The translations under genes and the position numbers were made by a program. From contig OZ249450.1 in assembly GCA_965235115.1 (NCBI GenBank), positions 4,836,001 through 4,900,000 of the forward strand: a stretch of DNA of 64,000 nt, written 5' to 3'. Of this stretch, positions 48,831 through 62,200 are shown piece by piece; within the stretch, counting starts at the first letter, position 1, and every line of letters begins with the position of its first letter. The DNA is from Laetmonice hystrix. Its lineage: Eukaryota. The notes under the pieces are model-generated. The model did no database searches. It saw nothing but the letters and a program-made list of their open reading frames with translations, and was not told where the DNA came from.

Positions 48831-51800
48831 TATAACCTTGTGGTTGCTGTAGGGCGCTATAATCTGCTGGATGATAACGCTTACAATCTGAATGGCCCTT
48901 GAACTTTCCCTGTGACATTGCTCATTAACGAAATTATGGCATTAGAAACTGCTTACTTATATTGTTAATGAACTAAAGGTTACTGGAAACGGCTTGGTGA
49001 TATTGCTGGTGGGGGGGGGGGGGGGGGAGCTAAGGGGCTGGAACAAATGTTGGCATGACAAACTTTCCCTACTTTCCACACAATTAAAATGATTTCTTTG
49101 AAACACTACCCCTCCATTTTAAACATTATGCGGGGTAGGTTGCCTCTACTCGGTGGTCGGTCCAAGTTTCCGACCACTTCATTTTCTATGATCACAGAGC
49201 CTGTCACTAAGGACAGACCGCCCGGCCTGACAACAAGGCGACGTAAACAGCAGGGAGGAGTGTTTAAACTCGGCATTCCCGTCTCTAGGCACGTTAGAAC
49301 AGCCAGCCATGGGTCCGTGACTGTTTAAATCGGCACTGGCGAGTTGTAATTTGTAAGGAGACACTACGATGACGTCATAGCCTCGTTTTAACCTGGTTAC
49401 AGCAGCGTTCCCCTCCACCAGACGTTGTCACAGACACAGCCAGACAACCGATCGTATTCTGATGATGGAATAAACCAAATTCTCTCGTTTCTGATTACAG
49501 ACTGAGAGGATTTAAGTAGGGTCAGTTTGAATGTTCTCCCAGAGCGAATATTCACACCCTTGGTGATTTTTTCACGATTTGAAAACCGCGGTCACTTATT
49601 AATGTCTGGTCAATTATCAATGACTCAGACATACTACCAATGACTCACAGACACTAACATCAATGACTGAGATACTTTCCAATGTTTCTGGACCCCAATT
49701 AAAACTTTCAGCTGATTTTCATCACTCCAGTCATACAACTAATATGGTTCCAACAGTCGTACAATTCCACAAAATCCATTATTCTTTCTACATGAACTGT
49801 ATGTATCATGGTTTGAAACACAATTCTAACAGTGTTAAAATGAACTCACCCACTCACATAGCCACATCAAGATCCTTCAGCACGGACAAGTACAGCAATC
49901 TTCACAAGGCAGTGAAGTATGTCCGGCTCTTCAACTTGTTCCAAGCCCTGTTCTCCTCTCAGTGAGAGTCGGGCTATGGTGGAGGCAGCCCCCGGGCTAA
50001 CCACACCAGTCGGTCGGTCGGTCGGTCGGTCATATCATCGCTTCATCTCACCATACCTACCTATCCACGAGTCGGGACCTCTCAGGGCAAGCTCTCTAGG
50101 AGTCGGGACCTCTCACGGCAAGCTCTCCAGGCTGCTTCAATACTCCAATATTCCACTCTTCAGAAGCAATCTGCATCGCCTTCAAAAAGACTAGACGATT
50201 TGTTAAACGCTGCTGACTGCTGTGGTACATCCTCTTTATGATGTTGCTGCTTACAAGGAAGATCTTGAAGTAACTTTATCTCATCTATCCGTACACGTGT
50301 GAACTAAGACATGTGAACTCATACGGATCAGACGTGTGAACTCATACCGATCAGTCGCAGACAATGCTACAGAAAAAAATAATGGATAGACGCCACAGGG
50401 AATGGCGGGGGAGGGGGGGGGGGGTCCTTCGAATTGTATGCTTGGTTATGAAATCAAAGCTTGAGTAAAAGCAACAGATATCATATGTACTGTATTCTTA
50501 TCATCTGAATCGGAATTTTCTTTTTCTCGATCTTTTTCTTCCCCATCCTCCCATGCTCTGGGTTGAACCGCTTCCAGTGATTCACCCCCCTCCCGCCTGC
50601 CCGCCTATTCTCAGAGACGCGTACCTTGCAGCGCCATCTGTTTTCCACCTAGTTCGGTACCCCGTACACCAATCAGATTACAGCACTGCCTGAGGCGCGA
50701 TTCATAAAAATTAGCGTGCATTTCTGGTTAGCCAATAGGAACGTCCCCAGAGGCAGAGACCGACAGCCAGCGCCAGCGATAACGAGCCGCAAGCAGGCCA
50801 GTGACTGTTTGGATGCCAGGGCGACGATGCTGAAATCAAGGGAGCTAAGTCAAGTCAGAGTGTTACAAACTGTATTGTTAGGAAGGCACATATTTGTTTA
50901 TCAGCGAACTGAGCAAGGCTATCAGGCATTTTTGTGAGGCATTTTTGTGAGGCATTTTTGTGAGAAGTACGCCTTCGGTGAGGACCGTTTAGCGTGGGTG
51001 GTGCGTCTATTACGGTCCTATTAATATTCATAAGGTTGACCTCAGGGTCAACTTCTGCCGGTTTAACCTGGGCTGGGCTCAAGGGGTAGAATGCAGGATG
51101 CGTAATGCCTTGACAACTCAAGATGCTTCTTCCCCTTCAATGTGCAATAAAGGACGGCGGAGTTTGGGATTCATGAACTAAAATCAACTGGGATAGATTT
51201 ATAGATTTCGAGTCATTGATTCTGGCTCTTGTAGGTACCTTCCTCAAGAAGGGTCGGTCTAGCTGGATACCACGTGTGTGTTAGCTTTCCCACCCTCGTC
51301 AATATTGTACTGACGTGTGTTTTGTCCTCCATATAGTACGGAGAGGGCGTTCAGTGGTTCAGTTCAACCACGTGCGATATATACAGGGTGTTTCAAAATA
51401 TCGTATTTTGTTTCCAAAAACTCATCTAGTAAAGTTGTCCACGAAACTATCTCAGTGGAAACATTTCTGGTCTGATCTACCAGTGTGAAGTTCCACGTGA
51501 GGCCTGTTTGAAATCAGGATATGGATTAACTGAGCAAAGACTTCACAGTGGGGTTATCCTTTAAAGCGATAACTACATAGAAATGGCAAGAAGTGTCGGC
51601 CCAGCTGATCAACGTACAAATACCATGCTTCACTGCAAGTGAGCCCACCGACCAATGAAATAGCACACCTGTATATAGGAGACCTGAAAACCGATCTAAG
51701 CTAGAAAGACACACAAGACAGCATAACTCGCTGCAGGAAGCGCATGTAGCAGAAGGCCAAGAAAAAAAAACAGGTTCACACAGTTCTGACACAGCGAGAA

Positions 51801-52456
51801 AAATGAGTACTCAGCAGAAGATCTGACCTCCCACCACATACTCTGGGCTGGTTGGACAGTAAATAGTATGTCTGTGGCCTGGCCAGCTGTACCTTGTTGA
51901 TACGGGATCCCACCATGTAACATATATGTCCGGATACCAACATATGGTGGAAACACAGCAAAGTTCAACATGCTACTACGCCGAGACATAACAGACACAC
52001 ATTGCAGTACTTGTCCTTCGCTCACAAAGACTCTGTCAAAATACAAAGAAACCAGATTCACATACAGCGTTCTCTTCATCCCAGGTAATAGTCGGTACTG
52101 AAGATTACAAAAAGGCTATGCTGTGTTTGTCATCAATATTTATAATAGCTGTCGCCTTGACCTGGGTTGGTAGCACTGATGGTCCCATGCTAATCCCAGA
52201 CGATTGCAGCTGGGCCACCCACCCCGCCACCGCGGGGGGCACCCTGCCGGGGGGGGGGGGGAGGGCGGGGGGGACAAAAAACGGGTGAAATTAACGCAAC
52301 CTGTGTGCACCCCGGTACCACGGGCAGAGAAAACTGCTGAGACAGGTCGGTAGGGTGTTTGTAAGAGTTGTAAGAGGCTTGCGGCACCTGCACACTGGTT
52401 ATGTCTCGATCGGGGAGGGGGGGGGGGGCGAGTCTGCCGGGAATCAGTAAGAATTT

Positions 52457-53499
52457 GTTACTGTCTGTCCTGGTCTCTGTCCTCTGTTGGTGGCAGGATT
52501 CGTTACTCGGTCCTGGTCTCTGACTTCTCTTTGTGGCAGGATTCGTTACCCTCAGTCATGTTCTCTGACTTCTCTTTGTGGCAGGATTCGTTACTCTCAG
52601 TCTTGTTCTCTGACTTCTCTTTGTGGCAGGATTCGTTACTCAGTCCTGTTCTGGCCTTCTCTTTGTGGCAGGATTCGTTACTCAGTCCTGTTCTGACTTC
52701 TCTTTGTGGCAGGATTCGTTACTCAGTCCTGTTCTGGCCTTCTCTTTGTGGCAGGATTCGTTACTCTCAGTCCTGTTCTGGCCTTCTCTTTGTGGCAGGA
52801 TTCGTTACTCTCAGTCCTGTTCTCGGCCTTCTCTTTGTGGCAGGATTCGTTACTCAGTCCTGTTCTGGTCTTCTCTTTGTGGCAGGATTCGTTACTCTCA
52901 GTCCTGTTCTCTGACTTCTGTTTGTGGAAGGATTCGTTACTCTCAGTCCTGGTCTCTGACTTCTCTTTGTGGCAGGATTCGTTACTCTCAGTCCTGTTCT
53001 GGTCTTCTCTTTGTGGCAGGATTCGTTACTCTCAGTCCTGTTCTGGCCTTCTCTTTGTGGCAGGATTCGTTACTCTCAGTCCTGTTCTCTGACTTCTGTT
53101 TGTGGAAGGATTCGTTACTCTCAGTCCTGTTCTGGTCTTCTCTTTGTGGCAGGATTCGTTACTCTCAGTCCTGTTCTGGTCTTCTCTTTGTGGCAGGATT
53201 CGTTACTCTCAGTCCTGTTCTGGCCTTCTCTTTGTGGCAGGATTCGTTACTCTCAGTCCTGTTCTCGGCCTTCTCTTTGTGGCAGGATTCGTTACCCAGT
53301 CCTGTTCTGGTCTTCTCTTTGTGGCAGGATTCGTTACTCTCAGTCCTGTTCTGGTCTTCTCTTTGTGGCAGGATTCGTTACTCTCAGTCCTGTTCCCTGA
53401 CTTCTCTTTGTGTTCTGGCCTTCTCTTTGTGGCAGGATTCGTTACTCAGTCCTGTTCTGACCTTCTCTTTGTGGCAGGATTCGTTACTTAGTCCTGTTC
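52457..53499. repeat. Pyrimidine-rich minisatellite, 39-44-bp variable unit (about 24 copies)
   Basis: CTCTTTGTGGCAGGATTCGTTACT(CT)CAGTCCTGTTCTGGCCTT. Confidence 0.96.
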
Positions 53500-55147
53500 C
53501 GGTCCTTTTGATTGCCAATGTGACTTTGCCCTCAATGGCAGAAATCGTTACTCTCACCGCGTTCATCATGATCAAGACCAAGAAACGATTAAACCCACTA
53601 TGTATCATAATCACTAAACCGAAGGGAATGACCCCAGGCAGGATTAGTCTTGAGAAAACGAGGCGTTTTTTTTCATTCTCCCTCACAACTACTCAGGAAC
53701 ATCGATCGTGATTGTGTGACCGGCTCTCAGCGACCGCCGCCATCAACAAGACGGTAAACCAACCTCCCCACTTCCTGACCATACTGGACGTCTACAACCG
53801 GCCCTTACAATCCATCAGTGTTATTATAAGATGAAGGATGGACCACAAGAAAGGTGGAATTGTAAAGACTCTCTGTCTGTTGACCGATAGACACGGGAGA
53901 TGGCGGCAAGCTGAGATACATTCTTTGAGCCGCTTCTATTGCCACTTGATTTACCGGTATTATACAAGGTAGAATTAACGATTCCGCCAGACATTATCAT
54001 TGATAATGCACCAGCTAAAACCAAGCTGCGGCGGCGCTATTAATATTCCTGAAGATATTGAGAAGAAAACAGACAGAGCAATAGGGGACTTTTCAGGGTG
54101 GACTAACAGATTCTGGGTTGCAGGAAACACAGCGAGCAAACATTTAGTCTGCCTACATTCCTTTCAGTTCTCCGCGAGACTGAAACTTCCTTGACATGTG
54201 ACAAGAAGTGGGAACCGCCCTGGACTCTCCGCTCCCAGTCCGACCAGTCTGTGAAGGCCAGGGTCTGGCCCTGGCTGCTACCATCGCCTAGCTGTCAATC
54301 ATAGAGTAACGTGACCACACCGCCGTCTCACCTGGCCTTGGCTCCAACTTCTCACCTCCAATCACCTGGCTGACCCCCAACCTATTCCATCATCGCCTCG
54401 TTATGGCCACGACTGTGAATCACAGGCGAGCTCGCCTGGTGCTCAGTCATCTCTGTGAGACGTCTGTCAAGTGGAGCTTTTAGTTACCTGGCCAGTCCAG
54501 AGAGCCTAGACTTTGCCGGTTAGCCCCTTCCCCCATGGTAACTCCCTCACGTAATTAGGTAGATGTGAGAGTTAGAAGCATGGTTAGGGATAGCAGTAAC
54601 CTTTACGAGACTAGACCGGAGTTTCGGAGTTCTTGTCGCCAAGTTTCGTGGTCAGGAGACCGTGGGGGGACCAACCACTTAGCCACCATTCCCGGCCTTA
54701 CTACCTGTTACCAGCCTGCGGTGGGCCACCACAACCACAGGGCCCTGTACGATGGAGTTACAAACTGTCGCTTCTCAGATCATATTGATGACCGACCGGC
54801 ATCTGCTTTGAATTGTAACGAAGGTGGCCAGGAAGATTAAGATTGAGAAGGTCCTCTCAGCTCGTTAAGACCAGCACCTGAGCTCGGCCAGCCCACATAA
54901 ACCTGGGCAGGCTCACATTATTCACACTGCTACGGAACCCGGCGAGGAGAGCCTCTTCACGGCAGGCCTTTACAAGGCACGACTCGGTTGGGTCAGCGAT
55001 GATATAATAAAGTAATAGGTATCCCTAGCGAACCACATTTTATGCATCAAATATTGGGGGTTCGAACCCCCTGACCCCCTGGATCTGCCCGTGCTCACGC
55101 AAAGACCTTCTGAATGAATGAATGTTGGTGGATTTAAGCCATCAGCA

Positions 55148-55731
55148 AGGAAGGTCATGCTCACGGAGAACCAAGGACCTTCTGGAACCCTCGGGAAGGT
55201 CATGTTCACGGAGAACCAAGGACCTTCTGGATCCCTCAGGAAGGTCATGTTCACGGTGAACCAAGGACCTTCTGGAACCCTCAGGAAGGTCATGCTCACG
55301 GTGAACCAAGGACCTTCTGGAACCCTCAGGAAGGTCATGTTCACGGTGAACCAAGGACCTTCTGGAACCCTCAGGAAGGTCATGTTCACGGTGAACCATG
55401 GACCTTCTGGAACCCTCGGGAAGGTCATGTTCACGGTGAACCAAGGACCTTCTGGAACCCTCGGGAAGGTCATGTTCACGGTGAACCAAGGACCTTCTGG
55501 AACCCCCAGTAAGGTCATGTTCACGGTGAACCAAGGACCTTCTGGAACCCTCTGGAAGGTCATGTTCACGGTGAACCAAGGACCTTCCGGAACCCTCAGG
55601 AAGGTCATGTTCACGGTGAACCAAGGACCTTCTGGAACCCTCAGGAAGGTCATGTTCACGGTGAACCAAGGACCTTCTGGAACCCTCAGGAAGGTCATGT
55701 TCACGGTGAACCAAGGACCTTCTGGAACCCT
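55148..55731. repeat. Minisatellite, 45-bp unit (13 copies)
   Basis: AGGAAGGTCATGTTCACGGTGAACCAAGGACCTTCTGGAACCCTC. Confidence 0.97.
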
Positions 55732-57227
55732 ACTCAGTTATTGCCCCAGCCTCAGCTCACACCCTGTAAATAACTACAAGAATGTCTTTATGTATGTTAC
55801 TCAAAGTTCAGGACATTGGTACTGTACTACTGTTGCCTGTGGCGTGATTTTCCTTGAGCTGGAAACACGTTATAAACAGGGATGTTTTTTTTAAATAGAG
55901 GGTTGGCTGACCTCTGGAAGTAAGCTACCACCGCTCGAATGACCATCCAGCCAGTATATTTTCTTTCAAAATGTTATTCAAAAAACGCAGCAAATTAAAC
56001 AAACGAAAAAACGAGCTACCAGCCGCTAGGCCCTGACGGTGAGTTCCTGGGTCCTGGCTATGACTGTTGCTGTGACTGTCACTGTGGCAGTGACTGTGGT
56101 TGTGACTGTGGCTGTGACTGTGGTTATGACCTGATCAGATTTACCCACAGGTTCAGAGACTGGGGTTAATTACTTTTGACCACACCGTGGAGATACGCCT
56201 TGTCTGTGAGAAACCTAAGTGGCTTCATTCTAGATCACATCAGCAGAGCAAGGCACAGAAATGTTTTAATAACCTTAAAAAACTACGATACGTACAACCT
56301 CTTTTTTCATTGTTTTTCTTTCATAACCTGCAGGCTGTACAGCGGGGACAACCTCGGTTGGTTCTTGAGATCAATATTTTGATGAAAACAGGAGCAGTCG
56401 TTTTAATATAGATTCCAATCAGAAAAATGTTCTCCACTAGACAGTGTCTGCAGTGCAAAGAGGCAGATAGGGCAAATCTGTAGTGCCACATGCAAACTCA
56501 GCAACCCTTCAAATCAAATCTACCGACAATGGCAAATTACAGTCCGCCCCAATCCGACTGCAGAGCCTGGGATTTATTAGACTGACCTGGCTTGGGATTC
56601 GATGTGTTCCAATCTGCGTTGGACATCTCCATGGTAATTGGGGGATAAACATGTGAATGCGACCTGCTTAGACTACCCAGCAGCGTCGACCTGCGGCCCA
56701 GCAGCGTCGACCTGCGGCCCGGCAGGTGCCCGCCGAGTTGAAGCGAGCGTTGGCAAACGGTCACTTCACCAGAACATGCCCCAGACACATTCTCTGACAG
56801 GGCCAAACACGGTGAAATTAGTATGTCCCCTACCCAACCAATCGCCTGGCAATTATTGGACGCTCAGACGTCACGGCTATGTGACTATGACATGTGTCTC
56901 CCGACTGTCATTCAATCACACACTCTGTGGAATTGTAACGGTCACTGTGACATCCAACATGTCACACTAGATTCAGAGAGATTCTGTGGCTGATTGAATG
57001 TCAGCACAGTGGATTGAACCATCATTGTGCGCTCCATAAAGTTTTGATTAACAATGTTCTGGCTCAAACTCAGCCATTGTTCGTATAACCCTCCAGACAG
57101 AATTGTTTTACAACTTCTATTGCTTCGTATTCCGGTTGAAGAGAGTTTTGGAACTGCTATGGGGTTGTTGCATTAGCGTTGTCAAATGGCGTGGGGAACA
57201 TTCTCCAGTCCGACATCTTGACATACA

Positions 57228-57458
57228 TGTTTGATCTACAGTTACTTAGCGAGCCGAGGCGACTCCAGTCTATTGCTAAGCCATCTTTCTGTTGTTGAAT
57301 TCCTTGTTCCTTTTCTATCAAGGTCTGCTTGGCAACTGTTTGATCTACAGTTACTTAGCAAGCCGAGGCGATTGCAATATATTGCTAAGCCATCTTCCTT
57401 TTGTTGAATTCCTTGTTCTTTTTCTACTGCCATACCAAGGTCCTCATGGCAACTGTTT
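57228..57458. repeat. Diverged 109-bp tandem dimer
   Basis: TGTTTGATCTACAGTTACTTAGC at 57228 and 57337. Confidence 0.9.
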
Positions 57459-57640
57459 AAGTCAAGAACGCCTTCATTCTTTCTCAAACCCAAAACGAAG
57501 ACGGACTAAAGCGTTTTTTTTTTATATATTTTGATTGATAGCTGTTTACCAATGGAAACATAAAAACGCACAGAAAACCCAGCCAAAATTACATTCTCCC
57601 TCATTGAAATCAAAGTTACTCCTCACACCCGCACTGATCG

Positions 57641-57792
57641 GATAACCATGGCAACCAATTTGTCAGCTGTCACCTAGTCTCCTGGCCCGGTGATTTCTGA
57701 CCTCAGTGAATGTTAACGTGTTCCGAGATTACTCAGGAACCCTTAGCAACAGTTGCCCATGAAACTCCCCGCCATGAGTCAGCCCTAGCAAC
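57641..57792. promoter_or_regulatory. Cluster of RFX X-box-like sites plus an AP-1 site
   Basis: ATAACCATGGCAAC (57642), CTTAGCAAC (57742), GTTGCCCATGAAAC (57752), CCTAGCAAC (57784), TGAGTCA (57775). Confidence 0.3.
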
Positions 57793-59212
57793 AAGTCGTT
57801 CAGACCAGCATGTCCCAGATAACATTATCTCTGACATGACCTGTTATTTGGATAAAGACAAAAGCGTGTTTGGATAAAACTGAAGTGACAGAACACGGAT
57901 GACGAGAACTTTTTAAGGAGTGGGACGTGACGTAATCTCTTGGAATTACAGATATCCCGTTATTTATGGATTGTGCCTAGCAGCGCTTAATCCCTGCCGA
58001 TCTGCTGACAAATCCCTACAGGGGATTCTGGGTAAATCACTTCTCTCTGTCGGGTAAAGCATTACCTTTGGATGGTGTGGAGTAACAGTCTGCCTTTTCC
58101 TCTGTTTGACAGTGATGGGAACAAGTTTAGCTGCAAGCAATTACGTCTCTGTTGAAATGGTTGTTAGTTAACCCTTTTTACGCTAAGAAAACAGTAGAAC
58201 ATGCCGAATCACTGCTGACTGGCTTTCTGAGGAAAGGAGGAGATTTCCAGTGACATCATGAGTCACCATTACGGCGTACATGTGTGCAGCAAAAGGCCGT
58301 CGTCCTACCAACTGTGTTATACTGACGTGAGAACATGCCAGTGGTTGTCAGAACATTTCAGGGAAACAATTCAAATGTAGAACAAAATGGAAAAGTCTGC
58401 CTATAACTTGAAATGGGACAAGTAGGGCTGTGAAGATGGCATAACGTCGAAATAAACTGAAAGAAGTTAACTTGAGCATTACACAAAACTACATCATTAA
58501 AATTCCATCACAATTAGAAATTTATAATCTTGTACGTGTTCATGTTAACATTATGTGACATCATATATACCAAATGTTACTTTCAAGAATCGATACTTAA
58601 CCACAGGTATAACAATTCTACACATTGCCCACTGTTCGATTCCAGTAGGGGACTATACAATTTTCTCTTTCCGGACATTCGGAAAGTGAGCTGGGTGACG
58701 CGGCCGCCTGATGCCCGAGCAGAGTGAAAATAGAGTCCTTCTAAGTCTATTTCGCCTACATCAAAATCATATATACAAATCTAAATTAAGCAGAAAAATT
58801 AAAACCTATTTTGACTATTACAGTCCCTGTAGAGACGACATGCCTTCAAACTCCTGAGTGTCGGCTCCAGCATGTACCAATACTGATACAAGCTTCCATC
58901 CATCCCTGAGGTAAAACCAGCATCTCCGGGAACTAGGAGAGATAAAGTAAAAAAATGGCGGGCTTATCCATGGATCTAACCGTGATGTCCAACTCAGCAA
59001 AAATAATCTCAGACTGACTTTGTCTGAGAGTTTGTCTGGTCCTGATGGCAGTATCAGAACCAGGCCTGTTTGACATCAGTGGTCGTGGAGGAAGTCAGTA
59101 TACAATGTACAACCATCTGGTTCTGTTTGCTGGTCCCAATGTTACGGAACAAAGCAAACATCCGTGGGTCGTCTCCAGGCGCACGGCTACTTCTCTCTAC
59201 CAGCTCAGCTAA

Positions 59213-62200
59213 GGTGAACCCTTCTCTCCACCAACCCAGCCCTGGTGAACCCTTCTCTCCACCAACCCTGGTGAACCCTTCTCTCCACCAACCCAGCTCT
59301 GGTGAACCCTTCTCTCCACCAACTCTGGTGAACCCTTCTCTCCACCAACCCAGCTCTGGTGAACCCTTCTCTCCACCAACCCAGCCCTGGTGAACCCTTC
59401 TCTCCACCAACCCAGCTCTGGTGAACCCTTCTCTCCACCAACCCTGGTGAACCCTTCTCTCCACCAACCCAGCCCTGGTGAACCCTTCTCTCCACCAACC
59501 CAGCTCTGGTGAACCCTTCTCTCCACCAACCCAGCCCTGGTGAACCCTTCTCTCCACCAACCCAGCCCTGGTGAACCCTCCTCTCCACCAACCCAGCTCT
59601 GGTGAACCCTTCTCTCCACCAACCCAGCTCTGGTGAACCCTCCTCTCCACCAACCCAGCTCTGGTGAACCCTTCTCTCCACCAACCCAGCCCTGGTGAAC
59701 CCTTCTCTCCACCAACCCAGCTCTGGTGAACCCTTCTCTCCACCAACCCAGCTCTGGTGAACCCTTCTCTCCACCAACCCAGCTCTGGTGAACCCTCCTC
59801 TCCACCAACCCAGCTCTGGTGAACCCTTCTCTCCACCAACCCAGCCCTGGTGAACCCTTCTCTCCACCAACCCAACTCTGGTGAACCCTTCTCTCCACCA
59901 GCCCTGGTGAACCCTTCTCTCCACCAACCCAGCCCTGGTGAACCCTTCTCTCCACCAACCCAGCCCTGGTGAACCCTTCTCTCCACCAACCCAGCTCTGG
60001 TGATCTCTTCTCTCCACCAACCCAGCCCTGGTGAACCCTTCTCTCCACCAACCCTGGTGAACCCTTCTCTCCACCAACCCAGCCCTGGTGAACCCTTCTC
60101 TCCACCAACCCAGCTCTGGTGAACCCTTCTCTCCACCAACCCAGCCCTGGTGAACCCTTCTCTCCACCAGCCCAGCCCTGGTGAACCCTTCTCTCCACCA
60201 ACCCAGCCCTGGTTAACCCTTCTCTCCACCAACCCTGGTGAACCCTCCTCTCCACCAACCCAGCTCTGGTGAACCCTTCTCTCCACCAACCCAGCTCTGG
60301 TGAACCCTTCTCTCCACCAACCCTGGTGAACCCTTCTCTCCACCAACCCAGCCCTGGTGAACCCTTCTCTCCACCAACCCAGCCCTGGTGAACCCTTCTC
60401 TCCACCAACCCAGCCCTGGTGAACCCTTCTCTCCACCAACCCTGGTGAACCCTCCTCTCCACCAACCCAGCTCTGGTGAACCCTTCTCTCCACCAACCCA
60501 GCCCTGGTGAACCCTTCTCTCCACCAACCCAGCCCTGGTGAACCCTTCTCTCCACCAACCCAGCCCTGGTGAACCCTTCTCTCCACCAACCCAGCCCTGG
60601 TGAACCCTTCTCTCCACCAACCCAGCTCTGGTGAACCCTTCTTTCCACCAACCCAGCCCTGGTGAACCCTCCTCTCCACCAACCCAGCTCTGGTGAACCC
60701 TTCTCTCCACCAACCCAGCCCTGGTGAACCCTTCTCTCCACCAACCCAGCCCTGGTGAACCCTTCTCTCCACCAACCCAGCCCTGGTGAACCCTTCTCTC
60801 CACCAACCCAACTCTGGTGAACCCTTCTCTCCACCAGCTCTGGTGAACCCTTCTCTCCACCAACCCTGGTGAACCCTTCTCTCCACCAACCCAGCCCTGG
60901 TGAACCCTTCTCTCCACCAACCCAGCCCTGGTGAACCCTTCTCTCCACCAACCCTGGTGAACCCTTCTCTCCACCAACCCTGGTGAACCCTTCTCTCCAC
61001 CAACCCTGGTGAACCCTTCTCTCCACCAACCCAGCCCTGGTGAACCCTTCTCTCCACCAACCCAGCCCTGGTGAACCCTTCTCTCCACCAACCCAGCCCT
61101 GGTGAACCCTTCTCTCCACCAACCCTGGTGAACCCTTCTCTCCACCAACCCTGGTGAACCCTTCTCTCCACCAACCCAGCCCTGGTGAACCCTTCTCTCC
61201 ACCAACCCAACTCTGGTGAACCCTTCTCTCCACCAGCTCTGGTGAACCCTTCTCTCCACCAACCCTGGTGAACCCTTCTCTCCACCAACCCAGCCCTGGT
61301 GAACCCTTCTCTCCACCAACTCTGGTGAACCCTTCTCTCCACCAACCCTGGTGAACCCTTCTCTCCACCAACCCTGGTGAACCCTTCTCTCCACCAGCCC
61401 TGGTGAACCCTTCTCTCCACCAACCCAGCCCTGGTGAACCCTTCTCTCCACCAACCCAGCCCTGGTGAACCCTTCTCTCCACCAACTCTGGTGAACCCTT
61501 CTCTCCACCAACCCTGGTGAACCCTTCTCTCCACCAGCCCTGGTGAACCCTTCTCTCCACCAACCCAGCCCTGGTAAACCCTTCTCTCCACCAACCCAGC
61601 CCTGGTGAACCCTTCTCTCCACCAACCCAGCCCTGGTGAACCCTTCTCTCCACCAACCCAGCCCTGGTGAACCCTTCTCTCCACCAACCCAGCCCTGGTG
61701 AACCCTTCTCTCCACCAACCCAGCCCTGGTGAACCCTTCTCTCCACCAACCCAGCCCTGGTGAACCCTTCTCTCCACCAACCCAACTCTGGTGAACCCTT
61801 CTCTCCACCAGCTCTGGTGAACCCTTCTCTCCACCAACCCTGGTGAACCCTTCTCTCCACCAACCCTGGTGAACCCTTCTCTCCACCAGCCCTGGTGAAC
61901 CCTTCTCTCCACCAACCCAGCCCTGGTGAACCCTTCTCTCCACCAACCCAGCCCTGGTGAACCCTTCTCTCCACCAACCCTGGTGAACCCTTCTCTCCAC
62001 CAACCCAGCCCTGGTGAACCCTTCTCTCCACCAACCCAGCCCTGGTGAACCCTTCTCTCCACCAGCCCTGGTGAACCCTTCTCTCCACCAACCCAGCTCT
62101 GGTGAACCCTTCTCTCCACCAACCCAGCTCTGGTGAACCCTTTTCTCCACCAACCCAGCCCTGGTGAACCCTTCTCTCCACCAGCCCTGGTGAACCCTTC

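Noticed and set aside
52487-55894. Hydrophobic 128-362-aa ORFs and the 15-aa-repeat ORFs
   Set aside because: Translations of the ~43-bp and 45-bp minisatellites.
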